From Schmidtea polychroa (lineage: Eukaryota), in assembly GCA_044892525.1 (NCBI GenBank), contig CM097885.1, forward strand, positions 25,174,001-25,238,000: a DNA stretch of 64,000 nt, given 5' to 3'. Below are positions 1 to 13,448 of the stretch, in pieces. A program made the position numbers and the translations under genes. Within the stretch, counting starts at the first letter, position 1, and each line of letters begins with the position of its first letter. The notes beneath the pieces were generated by a model. The model was not told where the DNA came from. It saw only the letters and a list, made by a program, of their open reading frames with translations, and ran no database searches.

Positions 1-157
1 TAGGCTATTATTTAATATTATTTTCAATTTTTACTTTTCTTATAAATATTTATGTTTTAGTAATTTTTGTATATATTTATTATATTTATATTTTTTCTTA
101 ATTTATTCTTTTTATATTAATACTTATTTATTTTTATAATCATATTATTCTTCTAGC

Positions 158-1703
158 ATTAAGTGATGATTTCTCGGTAGCAGCATTAATCAAATTTAAA
201 ACAATTAAATGATAATTTAAGCTTTTTGCTGTGAATATTATATTTAATACAAATGAAAAAATATTTTCGACTATAAGATATCCCTTTTCAATTTCCTGGA
301 GTTTAGTTTCTTATATTTTCAAAATGCTTTTTGATCTTCTCTTTTATTTCCTTTTTTTACATCTCATTTGTTAAAAATAATAATAAACTTTTTCTGAAGA
401 ATTTAAAAATTAAAATTTTTTTTTAATTAAATATTCTCTAAAATTCAAAACGAAACGCTAAAAAATTTTTAAATCTTCTATAATTAGCTTATAGAAACCT
501 CTTAATAAATACTTAAAATATTTATAAAATATAGTTTCCAATAACTATTTATATACGCAATTTAAATATTTTAAATAATATTTCTATATTGATTTTTAAA
601 TCCTGACGGTCTTTTAAATTTATATTTTATCTATTTTTCTATATTATTTTAAATTATTATTTTTTAATTTGTTGGATATGTCTGTTTATTGAGGATGCTC
701 CACCAGGATCTAGATGTTCTTTAACTCTTTGGTGCAAGGCCCTGAGTGTACTTCCAATGTAAATTTCCTTGCATACATTGCACGTGATGCAATAGACGAT
801 GTTTTTTCTAAAGCACATATCTTTCGGTGTCTGGCAGTTTTTCATTGTGCAATTGTTTTCTCTATTTATGTTGTTCGCCAGAGCTTTTCTCAATGTCCAA
901 GATTTATCTGCTATACGAATTGGAAGGCCGGTGCGTTTAAGTTCTTTCAGGATTTTGAAGTACATTATGTCGACTGATGAATGAAATATCCAGATAAAAA
1001 TATTTCCTCTTTTTTTGTGTTAATTCCCTAGATCTTTTTGGAATAGAATTTATTCTTTTAATGTCCTCACCTTGATATCCGTATTTATTATTTATTATTA
1101 TTTTTATAGTTTATTTTTAAAATTATTATTAATTTTTTTAAGTTACTAATTATTTAATATTAGGAGATCAATGAAATCATCAGTTTGATTTGTTATTAAC
1201 CTTAAGAATAGCTCTATAAAAAAATTAAAAAATAAAAATTTAAAATAATATAGAAAAATAGATCAAAAATACCTTTAAAGGATAATTAGGATTTAAAATC
1301 AAAATAGAAACATTTTTTTAAATATTTAAATTGCGTATATAAATAATTATTGGAAACTATTTTATAAATATTTTAAGATATCATTTATTAAAAGGTTTCT
1401 ACAGAAGCTTTAAAAATAAAAAAATTTTTTTATTGTTTCCTTTTGAAATTTAGAGAATATTTAATTAAAAAAAAATTAAAATTTTTAAATTCTCCAGAAA
1501 AAAGTTTATTAAAGGAAATAAAAGAGAAGATCGAAAAGCAGTTTGAAAATAAAAGAAACTAAACTTCAGGAAATTGAAAAGGGCTATCTTATAGTCGAAA
1601 ATTTTTCATTTGTAATAAATATATTATTCACAGTAAAGGACTTAAATTAACATTTAATTGTTTTAAATTTAATTTATGCTGCTACCAAGTAATCATCAAT
1701 TTA
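158..1703 (-). mobile_element. Penelope-like retroelement relic: 5'-truncated RT-thumb/GIY-YIG fragment between inverted pseudo-LTRs
   Basis: About 158-656 and about 1217-1703 are diverged inverted copies (ttttcgactataagatatcccttttcaatttcctg vs caggaaattgaaaagggctatcttatagtcgaaaa). They flank a GIY-YIG ORF. Confidence 0.8.
657..965 (-). pseudogene. Penelope GIY-YIG endonuclease fragment
   Basis: KNIVYCITCNVCKEIYIGSTLRALHQRVKEH matches the PLE GIY-YIG motif (VY.I.C..C...YIG.T.R.L..R..EH). It is preceded by a Cys-rich linker and is truncated. Confidence 0.85.
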
Positions 1704-2859
1704 TAAATAATTAAGGTAATGAAATAAAAGTTCTGTGAAATGAAATATTATGTTATTTTATCAAATATTTGAATTAACTCCGCCTGATGATCCAGTTGTT
1801 GATTATTAAATAAATCCGAGAGAAAAAATTATTTAATCTTACTCCTCGTGCTCTATATTGAAACACCAAAACCCAGCATAAATAAATTTTATTTCCAAAA
1901 TAATAATTCGCAAGATTCATTTGTCATCAATAATTACAAACTCGGCTTGATTCTATATTTTATAACTGTTTTATAACACCTAATTCCGAAATTTAATAAC
2001 TTCTATAATCTTAAAAAAAAATCAATAAATATATATTATAGGAACACACAAACTTACCTGTGCGTAGAAATTTATTGTTCCGAAATTTAATAACTTTATT
2101 ATAGGATTTGTGAAGGTGAGAGAAAAATAACTGAACACACCAACACAAAACACATAATGAAAAATGCATGCAAATTTCTTATATAGGTTTTTGTTCCGAA
2201 ATAAATAACCGTTAACATATTGTTAAAATATAATTATTTTTAAATTATTAAAAAATACTTTTAATTTACATTCTGAGAGCTCTACATTGAGCTTTAGAGA
2301 AAAAGAAGAAAATACAATGTAAGTTTAATTCTTTAAATTACAAAACATTAAAATATTTTATAGTATATGTAAAAGCAGCATTTCAAATATTGAAGGTCCT
2401 TCGAGATCTTTTGATTTAACAGAAATAAATGTCTTCGGTGATTAGTTTATTTATTTAGTTAAAAATATATCGAACTTACATTTTAACGAAATAATTCCAG
2501 ATAAATGCATAAAATATCATAAAATTCCTAAAAAAACACCTGAAATTTATCTATCAATGTTATATTATAAATGCTAACTAGCAGTAATATTTAAGAACTT
2601 GAATAATGATCTCATAATTATATAAAATCAAAATTCAAGTCTTAAATGTACTTAAAATTAAAAAAATTACCTGAAAATCATTTTTAAAAAATTGCATAAC
2701 TGAATTGAATAATTGAAATTGAGTAACTTCATTTTCACGTAAATGGTGACTCACCTCAATTGGTGTGCACACCAACGTGAATTATAGAGGTTACCCAATT
2801 TCGGAATTGGGTGTATTATAATGTAACCAAAACTGACTACTATTGGATATTTATTGCTA

Positions 2860-3132
2860 ATTACTATTTTATTCATAAATCCTTTGTCCAGAAAAACTTC
2901 ATTAGTTGCACTACCATTTTCAAAACCAGATCTAATTTCTGGGACTCTATCAAAAGTTATAGGAATTTACTTGAAATACTAAAACTGCTTCTCTAATAAA
3001 ATTAACTGTTTCTTCATGATATTCATAAATTCCATGACTAAAATTCACACGAGCAACGCCCATGCCGGCAGAAACCATTTTGTGAAAAACTGATAGCTCG
3101 TAATTAGCCGATTTTGCATCACATAATTCCAT
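2860..3132 (-). pseudogene. PK: Pyruvate kinase fragment (frameshifted, degenerate)
   Basis: MVSAGMGVARVNFSHGIYEYHEETVNFIREAV, then in another frame PITFDRVPEIRSGFENGSATNEVFLDKG. Compare PK AGMNVARLNFSHG and ALDTKGPEIRTG...EVELKKG. The catalytic DTKG is altered. Confidence 0.8.
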
Positions 3133-3639
3133 GGCTCAAAGAAATTGATTTGACTTCTTTTTAATAAACTTTTACAAAACTCCGAAACAATTCAAAAGAA
3201 ATATATATTCTAATTACAACAAAATTTTATCATTTATAACAAATCTCGTTTTATTAGAAAAATATAAAAATAAACAATTTCAAAATAAAACCAACTCTGA
3301 AAAATTGAAACACACTTAAAATTAATTCAACCCAAGGTGCAGCAAAATTATAAATACACAAAAGGAAGAAACATGCAACACACCTGCACAGACACAACCA
3401 CATAAAAAGCACTCTTTGAGAAATTTTATTCGACCTGGAATTTCAAATTAGCCTAACTTTACTTTCTGTAAATCTATAATCTGTTTCATTTTTTTTGAAA
3501 TTTAACTTTATTCTATTGTGACAAAATATCAAGAATAAAATTTTCTATGCAACACAAATTTCATTTTCGATATTTTACCACTTTGTCTTTTTGACATATA
3601 AGGCCGCAAACTGATTTGTACTAAAAGTAATAAAAAATA

Positions 3640-3740
3640 GACTATGAATCAGTATACTGATTCATAGTCAATTTTTTAATAAATACAATGTCAATTGAAA
3701 ATAAATCAGAGGTAAAAATTAAAGAAAGTTCTTATTATAT
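3640..3740 (+). repeat. Dispersed repeat copy starting with a perfect 30-bp palindrome
   Basis: gactatgaatcagtatactgattcatagtc (3640-3669), followed by aaatcagaggtaaaaattaaagaaagttctta. Related copies lie near 6380, 18713, 33270, 48302, 52530 (minus) and 63836. Confidence 0.7.
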
Positions 3741-3862
3741 ATATAATTTAAAGGTCTATCCCAATTTAGTTAAAAATTTTTCTATGACAAAGCCAATTTC
3801 AAGTCAAATCGCTATTTTTCTAAATTTTCATCCAAGTCATTATAAATTAATTATAAAAGTAA

Positions 3863-3912
<50 letters not shown>

Positions 3913-4346
3913 TCGAATCCTGATTATTTCATAGATTATTTCATAGATTATTTGATTTATTTTTATTATGAGTATGGATTAAAAATTTATTTTCCTGTGT
4001 AACACAAATTAATTTTTTATCCTTTGTCAAATTGAAAATAAATGAAACACAAATAGATTAATGTTGAACAAAAAATAAAGGATTTTGTTGCCTTGCCCAT
4101 TGATCTGTAAATATTATACATGTATTATTTATCTTCGTTATCTTTCTCCCCAGTTATCTTTCTCTTTCGATCTTACTCACCTGTTGATTTACGTTATCCC
4201 AAATAATTTTTCACAAATGTTCACTCGTATTAGTTTATATACTCCTGCCCTCAACTCTCATATTCAAAATTATTTAGGCATTCATTTTCGCTTTATTTAA
4301 TTTTTGAAAACCAAATTTGCAATTCATGTCCATTTCCTAACCCCAG

Positions 4347-5590
4347 AGTTGAATATTACAGATGCGCCATTAATGGTAAGCTTGCCAACTGGATCGTTTA
4401 AAACTCCTTCCTGGTTGTTTGTTGACTCACCAATCACGAAACCCCATGCTCGCAGTGATATAAAATCAATTGTTTTTATCGCCGCTGGCAGTGGAATAAC
4501 GCCAATGATCAGGATTTTATTGGCCAGTTTATCACAAGGAAACATGGAGTAATTTTATCGTTTATTTCCATTCTATTTTTTGGATCAGGTAAAGAATATC
4601 CCCCTGGGGGGATATTCTTTCTAATAAAATTTTTATATAATAAATAAAAATAATCTATATATTTAATGATTTCCTTAATGATTTCTTATGATGAAGAAAT
4701 ACAGCCATTATTTCAAATGAGCTCGATTGAATTGATTCATTATGCACAACTAAAGAGGCTAATAGCTAGTAAAATGCCTTGTGACTATTGTTGTGTCAAT
4801 ATGGTGCTCACAAGGTATCAGACGATCGATGGTTTTGTCTGGAAATGCCAGAATAAACCATGCTCAAAATACAAAACCAATAAAAGCATCAGAGAAGGTT
4901 CTTTTTTGAGTCATATTGGAGTCATATTGGAACAAGCAGAAGCATTTCAAAAAACGATCTGAAAAAATACTTGTGCGAATTTATGTGGAGAGATCATATT
5001 TCTATTAATCCTTACTTCGGAATAATCTCCCTGATAAAGAATAAATTTATTTTTTAATTATTTTATTTTAAAAAAGTATTATTATTTTTCTGGGGGGATA
5101 TTATTTACAACAATTTTTCTGGGGGGATATTATTTACCTGATCCTATTTTTTATCTCTTCCTATCATTTATTTTTAAATTTAGTTGTTATTTATTATTTT
5201 TCAATCGCACACGCCTTGATATAATTTACGTGAACGAGTTTATTGCCCTAGCACAATTTTATCAAACCAGGTTTTAATTTTTGCCCATTGGTTGTTGTGG
5301 TTTTAATGTCTGTGTAACGCCCAGGTTTAGCGCTTCGTATATTTTGTCTCAACCGGACTCAGATTGGGAAGGTTTTAAAGGAAGAATTACAAATTCGATA
5401 ATTCAAGATGTTCTCGGTGATAATTTACGCGATCGATATTATATGATTTGTGGACCGAAAGGATTTAACGAGTTATCGATTCAGTGAGTGAATTCTAGTA
5501 GTGAGTTATGCAATAAATGAATACAATACTTCCAGGATACTCAAAGGTTTACATATTGGATCTAATCATATTTTCGAGTTTAAAGGGTGA
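4347..5590 (+). CDS. CYB5R4: Cytochrome b5 reductase 4-like FAD/NADH oxidoreductase, 3' exons 4347-4548, 5184-5270, 5325-5483, 5536-5590 (possibly a decaying copy)
   Basis: Phase-consistent GT-AG splicing gives ...IVFIAAGSGITPMIRIL...DCYLLFFNRTRLDIIY...FSASYILSQPDSDWEGFKGRI...YMICGPKGFNELSIQILKGLHIGSNHIFEFKG*. The upstream exon-like segment ~4154-4300 has the FRSYSPV (RxYTP) motif but contains stops/frameshifts and lacks a clear GT donor. Confidence 0.75.
4582..5144 (+). mobile_element. Internally deleted Merlin (IS1016/ISXO2-like) DNA transposon in an intron
   Basis: TIRs ggatcaggtaaa.aatatccccc / gggggatatt.tttacctgatcc; 8-bp TSD tatttttt (4574-4581, 5145-5152). The Zn-ribbon CDYC...WKCQNKPC...SIREGSF is fused to C-terminal ESYW and YLCEFMWR motifs. 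Confidence 0.9.
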
Positions 5591-6966
5591 GTTTTACAAA
5601 TGGGAATTCGTGATTGGAGATTTCAAATAAATCATTAGTTTTATTTTTATAGAATTTGAATTTCTATTTTTTGTTTTGCGTGGAATACATTTTTTAACTT
5701 ATAATATCACGTGTGATGGCGTCATATGGGGATGAAGTTCAAATACTCGCAGTAAAAAAATAATTATAAACAATTCAAACGTATAAACAAAATTCATAGA
5801 ATAGCCGCATCTAATAACTTGCGGTATTGAAAGCAAAATTGCATATTTGGCCTACAGTTGCATGAAATGATGGGCCATATATAATTTAGGTCAACTATTA
5901 AAAAACTGAACAACAATATTATTAACAAAAAGCATGTAAACTAGTCGTCTTTTACAATTTCCGATACTCCTTTTAAAATGACATTTTAACTAACTCCACT
6001 ATCTTAGAATAACCTTAAACAGCGCTTTTGTAATTGAGAATTTTTGTAAGCAGAATACAGCGTTGAATTTTAAAATATTTAAGTCTTGTTTTATATTTAA
6101 AAAAATCAAATTGCACAATGCAAAGAACACAAATGTGAGTTCTTGTCTTCTAGTTACACATGAAATACAAATATTGCTATTTGAATGACAATTCCAATTG
6201 TTTAAATCAAAAAATTGAGTTTGAGACTTCATTTAATAAAATGAGCATTTTGTCTTATCTAATTTTCATTAATTCTACTAACGTATGTCCCTGATGAACC
6301 ATGACTATAATTTAGTAAAAATTGTCATAATTTTTCGAACATGTCAATTGCTAATTTACTGCTATTTTTATAAAAGTTCACTATGGATCAGTAAATATAT
6401 CGATGTTTTTTGATTTTCACGAATTTTTCAAATAAACGTCTAAATTTCAACAAAAAAATCAGTTAATAACATATTCTGCAAATCGTTGCTATGATGGTAT
6501 AATTATTGCATGCGAGTTGTTGACATTTGTCAAATTTATCAGCTGATTTGGTATTTACAACTGCTACAGATGAAACACCTCTACGTTTTTCCTGTTGGCT
6601 GGGTAATGTCGACCGTGGAGGTATATGGATATACAGAAATACAAATATTGCTACAATATGCCATTCTTTATATTGTCAAGATTCAATAATTAAAAATCCA
6701 AAGAGTGAAGAAATGGACTCTTGCATTTTTTTCTTATTCAGAATAGTTAAATTGTTAATTCACGATCAATTTAATTTTAAAGAAGTTGAAAATTATGTTT
6801 ATAGCTAAATAATTTTCTTTGCAAAAAAACTATTAAATGTTCTAACCATTTCAATTTATTATATTTGCCAAAATCTTAGATATTTTACTAGCATCTTTTA
6901 ACTAGATATTTTACATTTTTCGGCAGTAATACAACTCGTTGCATTTTATAAAAAAATCTTTATGGA

Positions 6967-7127
6967 ATGTGTTGGGAAGATTTTACCTACAAAGAGACAT
7001 GATTAATTACTTCATACAACATTTTACAAAATATAAAAATTTCATATGTGTTGGGAAGATTTTACCTACAAAGAGACATGATTAATTACTTCATACAACA
7101 TTTTACAAAATATAAAAATTTCATATA
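6967..7127. repeat. Perfect tandem duplication, 79-bp period
   Basis: atgtgttgggaagattttacctac...aaaaatttcat occurs twice back to back. Confidence 0.9.
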
Positions 7128-7731
7128 TTTCAGAAATATTTGTGTATTTTAATAGAAAATGTTTTTAAAAAAACGTAAGTTATTTTAAATTTATTAAATA
7201 ATTAAATAAATATCAAATTTTAAGTTTATTAAGTTAAGAAACCACAATTTACTTTTTATAAAAATTTTTAATATAGTATTATGTGTTTTATGTATATAAT
7301 GTAATCAAATTATGTGTTTTATTAATTGCACCGTCATTTCCCCACATAAACCCAATTATTAAAATTATTCCATTACACTAGGGACAATTGATGATAGCTA
7401 AATGGACATTGATTTAAAGATTAATAATATAAATAAAACCTACCTATAATAAATGCGTGTATGCCATACACAAGACACATTTAATTAAATTCATGACATT
7501 AAATAATGGTTTACAATATAGACGGATAGAAAAATTTACTGTTGAAAGAAAAAGAACAAGCACGTACACAAGCACGTTTACAAAATCTACATAATAAAAA
7601 CTACAGACTAATCGTCAATATTAAACTCCAGGACATTTATTAAACTCTAAATTTTTAATTTTAAAACTATTAAATATGAATATATTTGAGGATATCTCTG
7701 ACACTAATATATAATTAAAACTCCACCAACA

Positions 7732-7956
7732 TTGTGTTTAGTAAAATTTACTTGGAATAAAGCACAGCAAGATGCTTTCGATGTTCTTAAACAAAAATTA
7801 ATAATCAATCCAGATATTGCGATGCCCAGATTTTACAAAGAGTTCATGTTTATGACAGACGCAAGTGGTTTTGCATTGGGAGCAGTATTGGGACAAATGG
7901 TAGAAGGAGAAAAAGGCCATGTCATTGCATATCCCAGCCGATCACTGAAACCCTGA
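7732..7956 (+). pseudogene. Ty3/Gypsy RT-connection/RNase H fragment
   Basis: FTWNKAQQDAFDVLKQKL...P.IAMP.F.KEF...TDASGFALGAVLGQ...VIAY.SRSL. Confidence 0.85.
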
Positions 7957-9328
7957 AATGGAATACCAACTACGATCAAAACAAAAGAAACTTAATGAGA
8001 AAACAATCATTCAAAACAAATTTCAAAAAAACTCTACGCCATTGGATATGAACCAAGTTTTATTTATAACTACAGTCGTAATAAATATCTATCAAATACG
8101 AATGGAATGACAATGAATCTACCATATGCAGTCGAAAAAGAACCATTATTGGATAAAATTTATATATATTCAACGTTTTGTGTGGACAGTATTGTGTGGA
8201 CATATCATTGTGAAATATCAGAGCAAATAGAAGTTAGCATTCTATTGAATCCCTTCGAACAATTTGTCGCGTTGAATTATGAGCAAAACGTATATATAGC
8301 TCGACAATTGACAACAAATTATAAATATCTTTGGACTATTAAACAATATACGTATTAAAAAAATGTAACTCAAAATATTTATAACCTTGAAAGGGTAGAA
8401 TTCACGTTTAAGTTAAAACTGAATATTGTTAATAAACATTTAAATTGTATTTATCAGATTACATAAATTTTTATATAAATATTTAAATTAATAAATTAAA
8501 GTAAGTTTAAATTATAAAAATAAATTAAAATATATTAAATATTAAAATAAATTAAATCAGCATTGAAATCAGCATCAAAATTAAAATAATAAAAAGCCTC
8601 GAACATATTGTTTGAATATTACAAAAAAAGAGCAGTTTTGTGAATAAAATAAATTTAGTAATTTTATTTGGTTAATTTATTAATTATGGAGATTGAACAT
8701 GAATTCGACGTTGTCGCGGCTAACAAACCTTATACAAATTAACATTTTCACTAAAGAGTGGAGAAATGTTGTTGAAATTGAACCGATGATAAATGAAATT
8801 CATGTATATTGGAAAGCAGAAGAACAACATAAAGTCAGAATTGTTTTCCAAAACCATACGAAAGAAACATCAAATAAAAGTAAATAAATCTTTTGTTACA
8901 TATAAAAATTTACAAGTAAATCTCACTTACGGTCTTTCAATAAATTATTACGAGAAACTTCTTCATGATAAGGAAAAGAGCACCATGAAATGATATATCT
9001 TAACAATGAAACCGATCGAGTCAAAATAAAAATTAACAATAACAGAATAACTGTTTCATGGGAAATCAGAAATCAAGAAAGAGTAAATATATTTGTAAAT
9101 AATAAGATTCAGGTGTTGCTGGAAATCTATCAAACAAAAGCAGAACTCAGTCCTCAAAACTCGAGAAACGAACACACATCAAGAGAAATCGCGATAAAAA
9201 TTCAATATTTCAATCGAAAAGCGAACCCAGATCGATGGCAAGTTACCTTCAGTGAAAATAAACTGATATATTTAACAATAACTTCTCAAAAATTGTAAAT
9301 AATGATCACAACCTAACATTGTCACTTA

Positions 9329-9544
9329 CCGTATTTTAGCGCATATAACGCGCGCGTTATACGCATTTTTACAAACCGTGCACCCCCCATGCGCGGTATC
9401 TGTGGGTGCGCGCTTTATGATTTATATTTTACACGTGGCGGCATTGCCAGTGGAAATATTTTTATGATGTGACAGTAACCCTACCATCGGTTTTATTGTT
9501 TATTGTAATCAGATACCGCGCGCGTTATATGCGCTAAAATACGG
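9329..9544. mobile_element. Tc1/mariner-superfamily MITE
   Basis: 28-bp perfect TIRs ccgtattttagcgcatataacgcgcgcg; TA on both sides (9327-9328, 9545-9546). Confidence 0.85.
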
Positions 9545-10365
9545 TAATTCTTCATTGTTAAAAAACGAAAGTCAATTGAAAAATTATGTTAAAAACTCAT
9601 CTTTTCATAATCATAGTGACACGATTTTCATCTGTATAATCATGGCGATGCCAACTAGTGTCTTATTCATTTACATCGTAGTCAGTTCAAAAACAAAAAG
9701 AAATAACAAGCATTTTCATCATTCACGGTATTCAAGACCACAGACAATATGGTGGTTGGAAACATCGGTATAGTAAAATACTGTTTTATTGCATGTTAAT
9801 GACAGTTGATTATTATTTCTTTAATATCCTTTTTATCATTGTACTCTGAGAAACATTTGATAATTCTTCATGGTAAAATTTATTGTTAAAAATTTTAAAT
9901 TATTTTATTGTAATTTGATTGGGTAAATAATCACACACCGTCGCGATAAAATATTTGGGGTATAAAACTGACGATTGTTCGAATGCTTTGACGACATAAA
10001 GAAATTTTTAAAGAATACCAAAGAAAATTCAAGAAAAGAAAATGGAAGAAATCAAGAGAGGAATGAAGCTATACGACAATTATTTTCGTGAAAAAAAGAG
10101 CCGAACTGAGAGGATCATAATAATAGAAGAAAATTTAAAAATACCGAACTGGGTAAGAACAGGGAATGACCAAATGCGAATATGCTTAACCGAAGTTGAG
10201 TGGATGTCAAAAATATGATTTACCGACCTATTAGTCAGAGAGAAAAAAGAGTGTGACAGTCTTATTTATGTTGAAAATTTCAAACGCACCATAAATTTCG
10301 TGTTGCTACATTTTGCTTCTTACAAAGAACAGATGGAATATTGGTCTTTTAAAACGCTCCCTTAA

Positions 10366-10586
10366 CCCTTAAATGCATGATGATGTATTTATACATCAGT
10401 GTATTTGTCCTTAAATAATTTCTAAACGGTAACTCAAACACAGTATTTTTTGCTTTTATTTTGATATTATTAGTTTCTGAACGCAAGCTGTCACAATATG
10501 GCAGTTAACTTTTTCAATTGTCAAAATTTGACAGCTTGGCGCAGCATTTTCGAATACGCACTTTGGAAAAATCATGCATTTAAGGG
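10366..10586. mobile_element. piggyBac MITE
   Basis: TIRs cccttaaatgcatga / tcatgcatttaaggg with TTAA on both sides. Confidence 0.9.
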
Positions 10587-11245
10587 TTAAACAGCACATT
10601 TATAGCTCCTTATTCCTCCCATGGTCCATCAAGCCAGACATAGTAACATTTTTAAACATCAAAGAGTTAGTCAAAATGTTTAATTTAATAAAATTCAAGC
10701 AGAAAGAACAATACTACTCAAAATAGATCTTTGACATCCTCTTGACCCAGTCAACGTTATGATTTATATCCTATAATAATGATGATCATACAAATATTGT
10801 CAATATCGTGAAAAATTTGTAAAAATTTAATAAATAATTCATAGAAATTTCATTCTCTAGAAAGCTCTGATGAATTTCTATTGTTTTTAATTGCATGCAA
10901 TTTCATTTCACATCACGTTCTTAGAAAATTTCAATCAGTTTCAATGCAGAAATACGTGGAAATAATTATATTAAATTAATTTTGTAGAAATTAAATTTTT
11001 ATGAATTTGTATTCATTTTTGTTTTAATAATTTCACGTATATTTTGCAAATTCTTGGTAAAAGTAGCCAGGACATTGAAATGTATCCGCAAGGACTCGCG
11101 AGGCTGACTGGGAATATTATTTGACAGACGAATTTCAATTTTCACTAGTAAAAAGATTCTATGAAATTTGAAAAATCTCATAATTTTTGAATAATTAAAT
11201 GATACAATTATTCAAATTAATTCTACTTCTTATTTGTCGATAAAT

Positions 11246-11350
<105 letters not shown>

Positions 11351-11479
11351 CATATTAATAATAATTGTTGAGTGTTATAATTGGTATATATGTCGTAGGC
11401 AAATGGTAATTTTAGGAAAATAACATTTGGCTAGGTAAATGCCATTTGCCTGGTCAAAGAGCTTTAGCTATTATTTCAT

Positions 11480-11580
11480 AATAATACCCTTGCGAGTTGT
11501 TGAGTGCGACCAGTACCCTTACGACTAATACCCATAGAGGGACAGAATATTTTGTCGGATAGACTAGGAGTATATATATT
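11480..11580 (-). repeat. ~95-bp Polinton-TIR-associated module (copy 1)
   Basis: The reverse complement aligns with 35070-35158 and 40368-40462 (tatccgacaaaatatt...ctatgggta...aagggtactg...ctcaacaactcgcaa). Confidence 0.8.
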
Positions 11581-11597
11581 AATACTAATACTAATAC

Positions 11598-11647
<50 letters not shown>

Positions 11648-12583
11648 CTAAGAAAAAAAAATTTAGAAAATAATAATATTTTTTTAAAATAATAATATGA
11701 CCTTGAAAATGTTATTTTCCTAAAATTACCATGAAATGAAATAATAGCTAAAGCTATTTGACCAGGTAAAATTACTATTTGCCAACGACATATATATTTA
11801 TTGACTTATTAATATATTATTATAATAATATTAATATATAACATTAATATATTAATATTTAAGTAACAACTGTTATAAAAACAAATGAGCTTTAACAATG
11901 ACAACTTTTATTGCTTTATAACAAATTTACTTACTGAAAAACGACTTACATAATCTATCTTCTTTAACTTTCATATTTGTTGCATTAATTAGCTTTTTTC
12001 TTTACTTCGAAATTTTGAATATTTTATTTTATTTCCAAGATTATATTTTTTCACAATTGTTTGATTGATATTTTTTTGAATTTATTCCTTAGTTATAATT
12101 TTTATTTATATTTATTTATAATTTAAAATAATTTACAATAAGGGAGCATCCATTAAGGACGTTCCCCGTAAAATAAACACTTTTTGAGCCCCCTCCCCTT
12201 TGTCCCTTTTATGTCCCTTTTCTGGAGACCTCCCCCGGGGACATCCATTCAAAAACAGAACTCCCTTATTTTCAGACGAAATTTAGGACAAAATTATAAT
12301 ATTAGCAGATTATTTTATTGCTGGTTTGTGCCCGCATCCTTAAAATGGCACACATGAATATTAAACACCCCATACAGTAGCTCGCCTACTGTATTTGGCC
12401 TAGCATATTTATTATGCTGACTTTCATTTTCATTAATAAGTTTTTCTATAACATCATATTGTTTAAGCTTTAGTAAAAATTGTCCAAATTTAAAAAGAGA
12501 ATCCATTTTTTAAAACAAAATTAATAAAGCTAATATAGGCATCTGTCTTTTAATTAGTAGACTAAATTATTTCAGTCTAATGT

Positions 12584-13380
12584 TTACTCGTCCTCCCATG
12601 GTGATCTGAAAATGCCAAAGATATTTCTGTAGACAGCTGGGGATACAGACAAACTGCTCTGGCTTTCTTCGGTTGTCTCCAGACATTCAGTTTCTGCTTC
12701 GTCTTCAACATCCATTACCAGTTTTTGTTGACAAGTACCTGAACAGCCACCATTTTTACGATGACGCATTATGGCTGCATGCGAGGGCACGTAGATTTGG
12801 CAGGATTTGCAAACCCTTGATTCAATATCCTTGGGTATTAATTTTGGGCAGTACATATCATACGGTATCTCGCCTTTGTAAGTTTTGCTGGATACTGGCT
12901 TTAGTTTAATGGCTTTCCTCTGCCAAAGTGACATTAATTTGTCACCTGTCTTGACATCACTAGGATCTGGTATATCTGGCCCACTGGATGTAATTCTGAC
13001 TGGAAATGGTGCTGGTAGAAAACGATCCGGAAATACCTCTAACCAGGATGTTCGAGTTTTGCTGTAACATTTCACAGATTGACATTTCACAATCATCAGC
13101 ATATACTGAGAAATTTTACAGTGACGTGTCATCCATCCTTCATCTACATTCTCAACACTCAGTGTAGCATTCTCTACATACTCAGCCTCAACAGGATGAC
13201 CCTCTAACGCAGGGGTTTCAAACTCAAACTGGCCTGCGGGCCGCATTAGACTAGTATTATGAGCCGGCGGGCCGCAACATAAATAATTGTTTTTCAGAAC
13301 ATGTGGAGTCTGAAACTCCGACGTTAATATTTATTTAATTAAAAACTCAACAAAACTAAAAAACATTTTTTTATTATTAA

Positions 13381-13448
<68 letters not shown>

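Noticed and set aside
2277..2440. Two small exon-like segments separated by a ~45-nt GT-AG intron
   Set aside because: The peptide is not recognisable and cannot be linked to a gene.
6967..7127. Perfect 79-bp tandem duplication as a functional element
   Set aside because: No internal structure; a recent slippage event or an assembly artefact.
8107..9298. Short ORFs downstream of the Gypsy RNase H fragment (possible env-like remains)
   Set aside because: No recognisable motifs, fragmented, and no LTRs identified.
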